DNA of 55,444 bases from Planctomycetota bacterium (lineage in GTDB: Bacteria; Planctomycetota; SZUA-567; H5-PLA8): NCBI GenBank assembly GCA_045863855.1, contig BTVV01000034.1:1-55444 (forward strand). The letters are read 5' to 3'. A program made the translations under genes and the position numbers. Below, piece after piece: positions 8,561 to 18,991 of this stretch. The stretch's first letter is position 1. Each line of letters opens with the position of its first letter. Under the pieces are notes generated by a model. The model was not told the DNA's origin and searched no databases. It saw only the letters and a list, made by a program, of their open reading frames with translations.

Positions 8561-8573
8561 TAAGGATACTGCC

Positions 8574-10082
8574 ATGCTGACGATCGATCCGAACCAGAAG
8601 CCGGTCATCCATCCCACCGGAGAAGCGACGGGGCTGCTGCCGGCGCGGGAGAGCGCGGGGAAGCCGATCACGGTGATCGGAACCGAGGCGATCCGCGACG
8701 GGTTCGACGCGACGTGCCTGCAGCAGGCGCTGAACGCGCGTTCGGCTCCGGGCGTAAGCGAGCTGGTGCTGAACCCGGACGCGCACGCCGGCTACGGCGC
8801 TCCGGTGGGCTGCGTGCTGGTTTCGCCGACGCACGTCTACCCCGGTCCGGTGGGTGTGGACATCAAGTGCAGCATGAGCCTCCTGCAGCTCGACGTGCCG
8901 GTGGATGCGGTGCGCGAGAAGCGCGTGCGCCGGGCGCTGATCGATGCGATCGTGGTCCGGACGCCGACGGGCGCGGGCCAGGGGCAGCGCGCGGCACCGA
9001 AGAGCCGCCCGGTGGACGAGGCGCTGGGGAAGCGTGCGAGCGTGGAAGGCGCGAGCGCGGCGGTCTGCGAAGCGCTGGGGATTCCGGCGCATTGGGCGGA
9101 GGCGTGCGAGGACGCGTTTCACCGCGGTCACGACGATACGAGCGCGGCGCTGGAAGCGCGCCTGGACGAACTGCTGGCTTCGGGACTCTTCCGCAACTTC
9201 GCGGACAAGATGCGCCAACTCGGCTCGTACGGCGGGGGCAACCATTTCGGGGAATGCGAGGCGGTCGAGGTGGGTACGGACGCGCGGGCGCAGGAAGCGG
9301 CGCGCGTCTTCGGTCTGAAGGACGGCTGCGCCGCGTTCCTCTCGCATTGCGGCTCGCGCGGGTTCGGCAACATTCTGGCGCAGGGGCAGTTCCGCGCGCT
9401 GCAGGGGCACTTCGGAACGTGGGACATCCCGCTGCCGGGCGGGGACCGCGAGCTGGTTTACGCGCCGCTGGGGACGCCGGAGGCCGACCGTTATCTGGAC
9501 GACATGGCGCTGGGCGCGAACTTCGCGACGGTGAACCACATGCTGATCAACGCGCTGGTGCTGGAGGCGTTTCAGGAGATCCTGCCGGGGACGAAGGGCG
9601 AGCTGGTGTATTTCATCAGCCACAACATCGCGCGGAAGGAAGTGGTGAACCAGCAGCCGAGCTGGGTGCACCGCAAGGGGGCGACGCGCGCCTTCCCGGC
9701 GGGGCACCACGCGCTGGCGGGGACGCGCTTCATGGCGACGGGGCATCCGATCCTGCTGCCGGGGAACCCGACGGCGGGGAGCGTGGTGATGGTGGCGGAG
9801 CCCGGCGCGGAGAAGAGCTGCTTCAGCGTGAACCACGGCGCGGGGCGCTGCATGGGGCGCAAGGCGGCGGAGCGCGCGCTGGACCAGGCGCAGATCGACC
9901 GCGAGTTCGAGGAGCTGGATATTATTTACAACGCGCGGCAGTACCCAAAGGACGAGGCGCCGGCGGCGTACAAGAATTTCGGGGAGGTGCTGCGCAGCGT
10001 GGAGGCGGCCGGGCTGGCGCGGCCCGTCGCGAAGCTGAAGGCGCGCTTCGTGATCAAGGATGCGGCGAAGGCGGACGATTGA
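8574..10082 (+). CDS. rtcB: RNA ligase RtcB family
   Basis: PDAHAGYG, VGVDIKC, GGGNHF, SHCGSRG, HN, HRKGAT, HGAGR and DEAPAAYK motifs; AAGGA RBS. Confidence 0.95.
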   Translation: MLTIDPNQKPVIHPTGEATGLLPARESAGKPITVIGTEAIRDGFDATCLQQALNARSAPGVSELVLNPDAHAGYGAPVGCVLVSPTHVYPGPVGVDIKCSMSLLQLDVPVDAVREKRVRRALIDAIVVRTPTGAGQGQRAAPKSRPVDEALGKRASVEGASAAVCEALGIPAHWAEACEDAFHRGHDDTSAALEARLDELLASGLFRNFADKMRQLGSYGGGNHFGECEAVEVGTDARAQEAARVFGLKDGCAAFLSHCGSRGFGNILAQGQFRALQGHFGTWDIPLPGGDRELVYAPLGTPEADRYLDDMALGANFATVNHMLINALVLEAFQEILPGTKGELVYFISHNIARKEVVNQQPSWVHRKGATRAFPAGHHALAGTRFMATGHPILLPGNPTAGSVVMVAEPGAEKSCFSVNHGAGRCMGRKAAERALDQAQIDREFEELDIIYNARQYPKDEAPAAYKNFGEVLRSVEAAGLARPVAKLKARFVIKDAAKADD

Positions 10083-10136
10083 TCCGCCATCGGGCGAGTT
10101 TCTTGCATCTTGGAGCGCGCTTCGCGTTGACTGTTT

Positions 10137-10180
10137 GGTTCACCTCCCCTACCCCTCCTTGCTTGGCAAGGAGGGGAAAC
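10137..10180. repeat. REP-like palindrome, copy A
   Basis: GGTTCACCTCCCCTACCCCTCCTTGCTTGGCAAGGAGGGGAAAC; near-identical to 12237-12276. Confidence 0.8.
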
Positions 10181-10234
10181 GTAAGGGCGAGGTTCACTAC
10201 TCAGGGAAGACCGCACTGGGAGTAAAACGAGCGG

Positions 10235-10843
10235 ATGGACGAGGACGACGACGAACTGGAGCCGCGGGAAGCGCTGCGGCGGCAGTTCGAACGCGAACTG
10301 GAGGCGAAACTCGCGCGGCGCGCTCGCGCGAGAAGCCACCGGCTCTTGCCCGACTTCTTCCTGGGCTGGGCCTCGGAAGAGACCTGGCACCTCTTCGTGG
10401 ACGGGCGTTACTACGGCTGCATCACGCTGATCCAGGCGCTGGCCGAAGGGCTGGCGAAATTCCTGGCGGAAAAGAACGGACTCCCGCGCGAATTGTACGC
10501 CGACGAGGGCTGGGTGAAGCCGCAGCGCCGGATCGATGCGCTGCACGCCGGCGGTCTGATTTCGGCGGCCGGCAAGGAGGCGTTCGAGCGGATCGCGGGG
10601 AACGACCGGAACGATTTTCATCACATGAACCGGCAGGTTCCGGCGGATCTGAAGCAGTTGGAAGCGCGCGCGGAAGAGTGTCTGCTGGCGCTGCATGCGA
10701 TCGAGAGCGAGGTGTTTGCGTACCGGATGGAGCCGAGCGGTCCGGTGATCCCGCTGCAGAAGCAGTATTGGCGGATCACCGCGAACGGGGATCTGCATGT
10801 GTTCATCAAGAATACGCCGGAGGATGCCGGAAAGAGCGGTTGA
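10235..10843 (+). CDS. HEPN superfamily (DUF4145-like) protein, putative RNase
   Basis: Predicted helical pattern 'E....F..G.Y......QALAE', 'RIDAL...GLI', and an Rx4H motif RNDFHH (10607-10624). Confidence 0.65.
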   Translation: MDEDDDELEPREALRRQFERELEAKLARRARARSHRLLPDFFLGWASEETWHLFVDGRYYGCITLIQALAEGLAKFLAEKNGLPRELYADEGWVKPQRRIDALHAGGLISAAGKEAFERIAGNDRNDFHHMNRQVPADLKQLEARAEECLLALHAIESEVFAYRMEPSGPVIPLQKQYWRITANGDLHVFIKNTPEDAGKSG

Positions 10844-10900
10844 AGCCGGTTTGCGCGAAGGCATGCCGCGATCGCGTGAGGTGCTCGCGCCGCCTTTCCT

Positions 10901-11007
10901 CGCACCCCTGCCGGGGTGCGCACGCGCTTAGAGAACGTGGTCCGGGGGTGACGCGCGCTCCAGAGCGCGCTTACCCCCGGCTCATTTCCTGTGCCGCTCC
11001 GCGGCAC
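10901..11007. repeat. Triple-hairpin palindromic intergenic element (REP/BIME-like)
   Basis: CGCACCCC-TGCC-GGGGTGCG; CCGGGGGT-GA-C-GCGCGCTC-CA-GAGCGCGC-TT-ACCCCCGG; GTGCCGC-TCC-GCGGCAC. Confidence 0.6.
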
Positions 11008-11099
11008 GGCAGGAGCACGACCAGGGAAAACGGCTCTGACAAGGACCCAGAATTTCGGCAAGCCCGGTTTGAAGCGGGGCGAACGGCGGATACCCATTC

Positions 11100-12116
11100 A
11101 TGATCCTCATCGACGGCGGGCAGGGCGAAGGCGGCGGGCAGGTGCTGCGCACGGCGTTGGCGCTGGCGCTCGTCACCGGCAAAGCCTTTCGCATCGATAA
11201 CATTCGGGCCAAGCGATCCAAACCGGGGCTGCTGCGCCAGCACCTGACGGCCGTGCAGGCGGCGACGGCCGTCGGCGGCGCGGAGACGCTGGGCGCGACG
11301 ATCGGTTCGAGCCGGCTCGACTTCACGCCCGGCGGGTTGAAGCCCGGCGCGTACCGCTTCGCCGTCGGGACCGCCGGCAGCGCCACGCTGGTGCTCCAGA
11401 CGATCCTCCCGCCGCTGCTGCTGGCCAAAGGCCCGAGCGAATTGGTGCTGGAAGGCGGGACGCATAACCCGTTCGCGCCGCCGTTCGATTTCCTCAGCCA
11501 AGCCTTCCTGCCGCTGCTGAAGCGCATGGGCGCGAAGGTCGAGGCGCGGCTGGAGCGGCACGGCTTTTATCCGGCCGGCGGCGGAAAATTCTCGGTGCGG
11601 ATCGAACCGACTCCGGACCTGCAGCCCCTGGAACTGCTCGAACGCGGCGCGATCGTGCGCCGGTCGGCGCGCGCGCTGCTGGCCAACCTGCCGGTGAGCA
11701 TCGCGCAGCGCGAACTGTCCATCGTGCAGGAGAAGCTGGGGCTGGCGGCGCACGAGATCGCGACCGAAACGATCGAACAGAACCCCGGGCCGGGGAACGT
11801 GCTGCTGGTGGAGCTCGAGAGCGAGCACGTGACGGAAGTCTTCACGGGCTTCGGCGAGAAAGGGCGCAAGGCCGAGGACGTGGCGCGCGCGGCCGTCGAT
11901 CACGCGCGGGCGTACCTGAGCGCGGGCGCGCCGGTGGGCCCGCACCTGGCCGACCAACTTCTGATTCCGCTGGCGCTGGCCGGACGCGGGCGGTTTCGGA
12001 CGTGCGAGCCGAGCGGGCACACGCGGACGAACCTGGACGTCATTCGGCGGTTTCTGGGCGCGGATATTCGGATCGAGGCGGAGACGGAGGGGAAGTGGGT
12101 GGTGGAGGTGAGGTAG
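11100..12116 (+). CDS. rtcA: RNA 3'-terminal phosphate cyclase
   Basis: IDGGQGEGGGQVLR, KPGLLRQHL, GTAGSATLVLQT, GGTHNPFAP, GFYPAGGG, HLADQL. Confidence 0.97.
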   Translation: MILIDGGQGEGGGQVLRTALALALVTGKAFRIDNIRAKRSKPGLLRQHLTAVQAATAVGGAETLGATIGSSRLDFTPGGLKPGAYRFAVGTAGSATLVLQTILPPLLLAKGPSELVLEGGTHNPFAPPFDFLSQAFLPLLKRMGAKVEARLERHGFYPAGGGKFSVRIEPTPDLQPLELLERGAIVRRSARALLANLPVSIAQRELSIVQEKLGLAAHEIATETIEQNPGPGNVLLVELESEHVTEVFTGFGEKGRKAEDVARAAVDHARAYLSAGAPVGPHLADQLLIPLALAGRGRFRTCEPSGHTRTNLDVIRRFLGADIRIEAETEGKWVVEVR

Positions 12117-12236
12117 GGTGAGCAGTAAACGATGAGCCGAAACGGCAGCTCACGAAGGCTGAAATGCGGTCAGCACGGGGGCTACACGCGCGCTTCGGCA
12201 TCCTTCATTAAGGAACGCGCTGTGCGCGGCACGTCG

Positions 12237-12276
12237 GGTTCACCACCCCTACCCCTCCTTGGCAAGGAGGGGAAAC
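12237..12276. repeat. REP-like palindrome, copy B
   Basis: GGTTCACCACCCCTACCCCTCCTTGGCAAGGAGGGGAAAC, between the convergent rtcA and ankyrin genes. Confidence 0.8.
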
Positions 12277-12280
12277 TTCC

Positions 12281-12330
12281 CGGCAACGGCTACGGCAACG
12301 GCAACGGCTGCGGCTACTGCAACGGCAACG
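12281..12330. repeat. Degenerate hexamer tandem repeat (CGGCAA), about 8 units
   Basis: CGGCAA CGGCTA CGGCAA CGGCAA CGGCTG CGGCTA CTGCAA CGGCAA directly after REP copy B. Confidence 0.8.
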
Positions 12331-12406
12331 ACTTCGGAACTTCTGCCATCGGAACGTTGGGCGAATGCGTGCGGACGGGGTTCTACGGCGCGCTTGATGA
12401 CCCCTC

Positions 12407-13843
12407 TCATCCTTTCATTTCTCTCGCGCGCTTGGCGCCGCGGGCTAGCAGCAGCTTGACCGACTCGGGCGCGGCTTGCTGTTCGGCCATATCGAGCGCG
12501 GTGCGGCCGTCGCCGGCGAGGGCGTTGGGATCGGCCCCGGCCTCCAGAAGCTTGCGCGCGTACGTTTCGCGTTTGAGCAGCACGGCGTGATGCAGCGGCG
12601 TCCCTTGGGGCAGGTTCCACTGGTCCAGGCGCGCGTTGGCGTTCGCGGGCGCTTCGCGTAGACGGGCGTCCACGAGTTCCGGGAAATCGAAGCAGACGGC
12701 GTCGTGGAGATCGACGGGGACGTTCGCGCGCAGCCAGGCCACCACATCGGCGCGCTTGCCGTGATCGGCCCAGGAGAGCGCCGTGGCGTTAAAGGGGTTG
12801 TCGCGGTTGTTCGGGTCGGCGCCTTTCGCGATCAGCCGCTTGACGATCTCCAGATCGCCTTCGATGGCGGCGCGGTGCAGCGCCGTTCCGTTATTGACGC
12901 CGGTCATGTCCCAATTGCCGTCCTTTTCCAGCAGGAATTGCACGGCCTCCTGTTTCCCGTTCACGTAGGCAAAGAGCAGCGCCAGCCCGACGGCGTCGCG
13001 CGCGGACATGCGCTTGCCGTCCCGCGTGGGGCGTTCCCGAAGCTTCCCGTTCCCGTCGAACTGCGCCTCCAACCAGGCCATGCGCCCCAGCGCCGCCGCG
13101 GCGAAGAGATCGGGCTTCACGCCGCGTTCGATCATCTTTTCCGCCGCGAGGGGCGCGTGATTGATCAGCGACGCGCGCAGCGCTTCGGGGCCGCTGACGT
13201 CGAGCTTGGCGCCGTACTCGAGCAGCACTTCGATCAGGGCGCCGGCCACGCCGCTGGCGCTGGCTTGCAGGCTGGTGGCCACGAGGCTCAGCGTATCGCC
13301 GCCGTTGGGGCCGCAGGTTTCGGCGCGCGCGTCGGCTCCGGACGCCAGCAGGAAGCGCGCGATCTCGACGATGTTCTTGGGCAACGGGCCGTGGTTGGGG
13401 TTGCCGGCCACGTGATGCAGCAGCGTCACGCCGCTGAAGTAGCCGTAGGGGGGATCGAGTTTGCCTCGCGCATGCACCAAGGCCGGGTCGGCGGCGACGA
13501 GGCGTTCGAGTTTTTCGAGATCGCCGGCGCAGACGGCCGCGGCGGCTTCTTCGAAGCGGGGATGCGGCTGAAGTCGTGCGACGCGCCGTTCCTGTTCGAC
13601 GCGGCGCTTGAGCCTGGCCCAATCCTTGTAGCCGTATTCGCGGGCGAGCGCGCGCTGCGCGTCGGCGGCCGAGACGGGGCGCTTCAGGACTTCGTCCGGC
13701 GCGAGCGCCGCGAATTTCGGAACCTGCGCGCGCAGGCGCGCGGCGGCGCCGAGGTCGCCCTCCGCATGCGCGCGGCGCAACTCCTTGGCTTGGCGCTTCA
13801 ACTGGTTGAGGTCGGGACGCGACGGCAGAGATCGAACAGGCAC
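12407..13843 (-). CDS. Ankyrin-repeat protein with N-terminal 'LPxRPDLxQLKxQAK' domain
   Basis: GTALHRAA...GADPN, GTPLHHAV and GRTALD repeats; AAGGAGG RBS before GTG. Confidence 0.9.
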   Translation of the reverse strand: MPVRSLPSRPDLNQLKRQAKELRRAHAEGDLGAAARLRAQVPKFAALAPDEVLKRPVSAADAQRALAREYGYKDWARLKRRVEQERRVARLQPHPRFEEAAAAVCAGDLEKLERLVAADPALVHARGKLDPPYGYFSGVTLLHHVAGNPNHGPLPKNIVEIARFLLASGADARAETCGPNGGDTLSLVATSLQASASGVAGALIEVLLEYGAKLDVSGPEALRASLINHAPLAAEKMIERGVKPDLFAAAALGRMAWLEAQFDGNGKLRERPTRDGKRMSARDAVGLALLFAYVNGKQEAVQFLLEKDGNWDMTGVNNGTALHRAAIEGDLEIVKRLIAKGADPNNRDNPFNATALSWADHGKRADVVAWLRANVPVDLHDAVCFDFPELVDARLREAPANANARLDQWNLPQGTPLHHAVLLKRETYARKLLEAGADPNALAGDGRTALDMAEQQAAPESVKLLLARGAKRAREMKG

Positions 13844-13968
13844 GTGAGCCTCCTTTCGCTAAGCCCGTGCGTCCGCGTGTCGGGCCGAAAGAAGGATCGT
13901 TCGGTTGTACGGCCACAAGCAGGCGAGACTCGGTCTCTTTCCGCGGACGGGAAGCGCCCTGCGCGCTT
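13844..13968 (-). ncRNA. Candidate structured cis-regulatory 5' leader of the ankyrin gene
   Basis: Minus strand: AAGCGC/GCGCTT hairpin, long-range CGTCCGCG/CGCGGACG helix, GAGAC-CGA-GTCTC hairpin, ending just before the RBS. Confidence 0.5.
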
Positions 13969-13975
13969 GGGAGGA

Positions 13976-14004
13976 ACTTTAGGTTCGAGAGGGCTTGCCG
14001 TCAA
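13976..14004 (-). promoter_or_regulatory. Sigma70-type promoter
   Basis: TTGACG-N17-TAAAGT on the minus strand; the -35 lies inside the palindrome GGCTTG-CCGT-CAAGCC (13992-14007). Confidence 0.65.
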
Positions 14005-14028
14005 GCCGCGGACGCGGCGAGCGATCCG

Positions 14029-16698
14029 CTACGGCACGCGCCCTTCGATGTACTTGAGCCTGCCGGATGCGGCGGGCGTGCGGCGCGTGAGGAGCGCGCC
14101 GTAGGCGATGGGTCCGGCGGAGACGCCGTCTATGACCAGCGTGAGCGGGACATCGACGATGCCCGCCAAGTCGCCGGGCGCGATGCCGAGCGCGGCTTCG
14201 AGGTCCACGTTCCAGAGCTTCAGCGTGAGGCGGCGCAAGCGCGTGTTGACGACAATGCGGCCGGTCAGCTTCGAGCCGTCGGGCAGGAGCGCTTTTATGC
14301 GCCCGCGCGCGTCGGTGGCCACCGGATCGGGGGCCAGGCTTCCGACGATGACGCTGAGCGGCTTTTCGGCGCTGCCGCCGGCGACGAGATCGGCGCCAAG
14401 ATCGACGGTGAAAGCGACCGCGTCTCCGGGCTGGCGGCGGGCGTTGGGCGAAGCCAGCGTGCCGACGATTTTGCGCACGACGAAGCCGTCGGCGGCGACG
14501 GCTCCGGGATCGACCGTCACGTCCAGCGCCTGCGTGGCGCTGGCGTTGTTCAAGGCTTGCGTGGCGCGGATGAACCCGGTGGCCGGATGCGCTTCGTAAA
14601 GCCAGCTTAAGCCGCGGTCGGCGGCGCGGAACTCGTAGCTTTGCGCGGTCCCGGTGCTTTGGGCGATGGGGCCGGTGTAGGACTGCCACGCGCCCGTGCC
14701 GATGCGGTATTCGATGGTTCCGACGCCGCTTCCGCCGGCTTCGTCGGCGGCTTCGGCGGTGACGCTTCCGGCGGTGCTGTAGGTACCGGGCACGCCCGGC
14801 ACCGGCGTGCCGCTAAATTTCACGCGCAGCGCGGGCGGGGTTTCGTCGAGTTCCCAATCGGCGTTGAAGAATCCGGCTTCGACCCAGGTTTCGGGGAGGT
14901 AGCGGTAGGTGCTGGTCACATTATCGATGCCCGTCGGCGCGCGCGCGGTGTCCCAGACGACGTAATCGGGATGGAGCCACGGCCACTGTTCCATATCTTT
15001 GAAGACTTCGAAGCGGTTCCAGTTCAATTCCGGAAGGCTGCTGTTGAAGCCTTTGCTGACCATGGTGAGCGTGCCGTTGGCATCGGGGTAGCAGAAGCAG
15101 TAGCGATGCGTGGCCGCTCCGTAGGTGCGCGTGCCGACGGTGATGCCGCCGCCTTCGAGGTCGGTGTGGAGCGTGAGGGGGCCGTACGTAGTGGCGATAA
15201 ACGCATGGCTGTCGGGATCGCCGAAGAGGATTTTGTTCTTGCCGGTCAGGTCGAGGAGCGCGGCGTCGGTGTCGCTGATGGGCAGGACTTCGCGCCCGTT
15301 GTTGCCGGACATGTACTCGCCGGTGGCGAACGGATAAGGCAAGACATACCAGTCGTCGGGTACCTGCCCGCCCACTCTGGGCCAGCGCAGGACGCACATC
15401 GCATTCCACTGGCCGCAGAAGAGCTGCGCGGCTTTGAGGTTCTCCGCGACGCGATCGGGATCGCCGCCGCCGGTGCCGTAGATGACGACGAACGGCCCGC
15501 GCGAGGTATCGGTGATCGGCCCTTCGAGGCCCTTTACCTTCTTGAACGAACCGAGCAGGGGGGCTCCGGCTTCGGTCCAGCCGTCGGGAAATCCGCCGCC
15601 GTCGCGCGTGGTTTCGAGCGTGAGGTTGCCGTCCCAGGTGCCGGTCCAGGCCACGTCACCGTTGACGAAGACCACGACTTCGCCGCCGGACGGCAAGAGG
15701 GCTTCGGGCGGGGCCAGCGTGAAGCGCTCGACGTTCTCGGCCTCCACATCGATGCGGTCGTCGCTGGAGGCGACCACGGCGCGGAGACGCGCTTGCTGTT
15801 CGCGCGCGCGAAAGTCGTCGATCGTGATCCAGTACGCGCCGTCGTGGCGCAGGCGCCAGGTGCGGTAAACGACGTCGGCGCGGTTGGGGTCCACGCGCTT
15901 GCCGTCGAAGAAAGGAAAGGTCGTGGTGAGCGGTTCGTCGTTATGCCCTCCGCCGTGCGAGACGACGGTCAGGTCGGGGTGATTCAGCGCCTGCCAGGCG
16001 TCGATCATGCGTTCGGCGTTGATCTTGGGGTTGGTGGTATCGCCGGTGCCGTAGTGGACGCGCCAAGCGGCGCCGAGGCCGTTTTCGACCTGCGGATACG
16101 CCGCGGAGTGGCCGAGCAGCGGCGCGCGGGTGGGATCGAGGTAAGCGGTGAGTTTCGGCGCGGTCTCTTGCTCGTACCAGTGCGGGTAGAACTCGAAGTA
16201 GTCGGTCCATCCGGCGCTGGCGCGGCAGGCGGCGAAGAGGTGCGGGAAGCGGCAGCCGAGGCGGTAGGTACCGTGGCCGCCCATGGAGAATCCGCAGAGG
16301 TAAATTTTCTCGGGGTGCGCGCCGAAGTCGTCGATCAGGCGCTGGCGCACGGTGAGGATATCGTCCTCGCCGACGTGGTCGTAGTTGATGCTGCCGCGGC
16401 CATCGGGAAAGCTGAGAATCCAGCCGAGGGTATTGGCGGCGGCGATTTCGGTCCCGTTGGCGACTCGCAGCCGCCCGCTCCAACCGTGCAAGTAAATGAC
16501 GGCCGGGAAGCGGGCTTCGCCGGTAGCTCCGGCCGACCAACCGGTGGGAAGGTAGACGCCGTAGGGCTGGAGCGTGTTATCGACGGGCGAGGTGTAGGTG
16601 TAGACCAGGTTGTCGCCGGCGGATTGGGCGTAGACCGGCCCGCAGGCGAACACGCATACTATAAGGAGGCGGCCGAGCCTGCTAAAAAAGGGACACAT
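14029..16698 (-). CDS. Secreted alpha/beta-hydrolase (esterase/peptidase S9-like) with C-terminal beta-rich domains
   Basis: Signal-peptide-like N-terminus, 'QPYGVYLP', LHG, nucleophile motif GFSMGG, GGGH. Confidence 0.8.
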   Translation of the reverse strand: MCPFFSRLGRLLIVCVFACGPVYAQSAGDNLVYTYTSPVDNTLQPYGVYLPTGWSAGATGEARFPAVIYLHGWSGRLRVANGTEIAAANTLGWILSFPDGRGSINYDHVGEDDILTVRQRLIDDFGAHPEKIYLCGFSMGGHGTYRLGCRFPHLFAACRASAGWTDYFEFYPHWYEQETAPKLTAYLDPTRAPLLGHSAAYPQVENGLGAAWRVHYGTGDTTNPKINAERMIDAWQALNHPDLTVVSHGGGHNDEPLTTTFPFFDGKRVDPNRADVVYRTWRLRHDGAYWITIDDFRAREQQARLRAVVASSDDRIDVEAENVERFTLAPPEALLPSGGEVVVFVNGDVAWTGTWDGNLTLETTRDGGGFPDGWTEAGAPLLGSFKKVKGLEGPITDTSRGPFVVIYGTGGGDPDRVAENLKAAQLFCGQWNAMCVLRWPRVGGQVPDDWYVLPYPFATGEYMSGNNGREVLPISDTDAALLDLTGKNKILFGDPDSHAFIATTYGPLTLHTDLEGGGITVGTRTYGAATHRYCFCYPDANGTLTMVSKGFNSSLPELNWNRFEVFKDMEQWPWLHPDYVVWDTARAPTGIDNVTSTYRYLPETWVEAGFFNADWELDETPPALRVKFSGTPVPGVPGTYSTAGSVTAEAADEAGGSGVGTIEYRIGTGAWQSYTGPIAQSTGTAQSYEFRAADRGLSWLYEAHPATGFIRATQALNNASATQALDVTVDPGAVAADGFVVRKIVGTLASPNARRQPGDAVAFTVDLGADLVAGGSAEKPLSVIVGSLAPDPVATDARGRIKALLPDGSKLTGRIVVNTRLRRLTLKLWNVDLEAALGIAPGDLAGIVDVPLTLVIDGVSAGPIAYGALLTRRTPAASGRLKYIEGRVP

Positions 16699-16894
16699 AC
16701 CGGCTCCTGACGCGATTCGCCCCAAACCCTTAGCTTACCCGAAAATAGAGGCTACACCAAGCAGGATCGCGGGCCGGAAACTCCCGTTCCTTGACGCTCT
16801 TTGCGGGCACGGGGATACTGGCGGTCGCTTCCGTATGCGCTTTCTGGGTGAGAAACGCGCGCCACGCGACGCCGTGCGAAGGGGGATTGCATCG

Positions 16895-18901
<2,007 letters not shown>

Positions 18902-18928
18902 GCTTCGGCGTTGTAAAGACGGCCTCCT

Positions 18929-18967
18929 AAAAAAGCCGGGCGATCCACGCGGATCGCCCGGCTTTTT
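18929..18967. terminator. Bidirectional intrinsic terminator
   Basis: AAAAAAGCCGGGCGATCC-ACGC-GGATCGCCCGGCTTTTT between convergent genes. Confidence 0.9.
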
Positions 18968-18991
18968 CATTTCGAGTCCAACCGCGACCGC

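Noticed and set aside
12132..12620. ORFs containing GNGYGNG or ATATA repeats
   Set aside because: They are translations of the hexamer microsatellite and overlap the ankyrin gene end.
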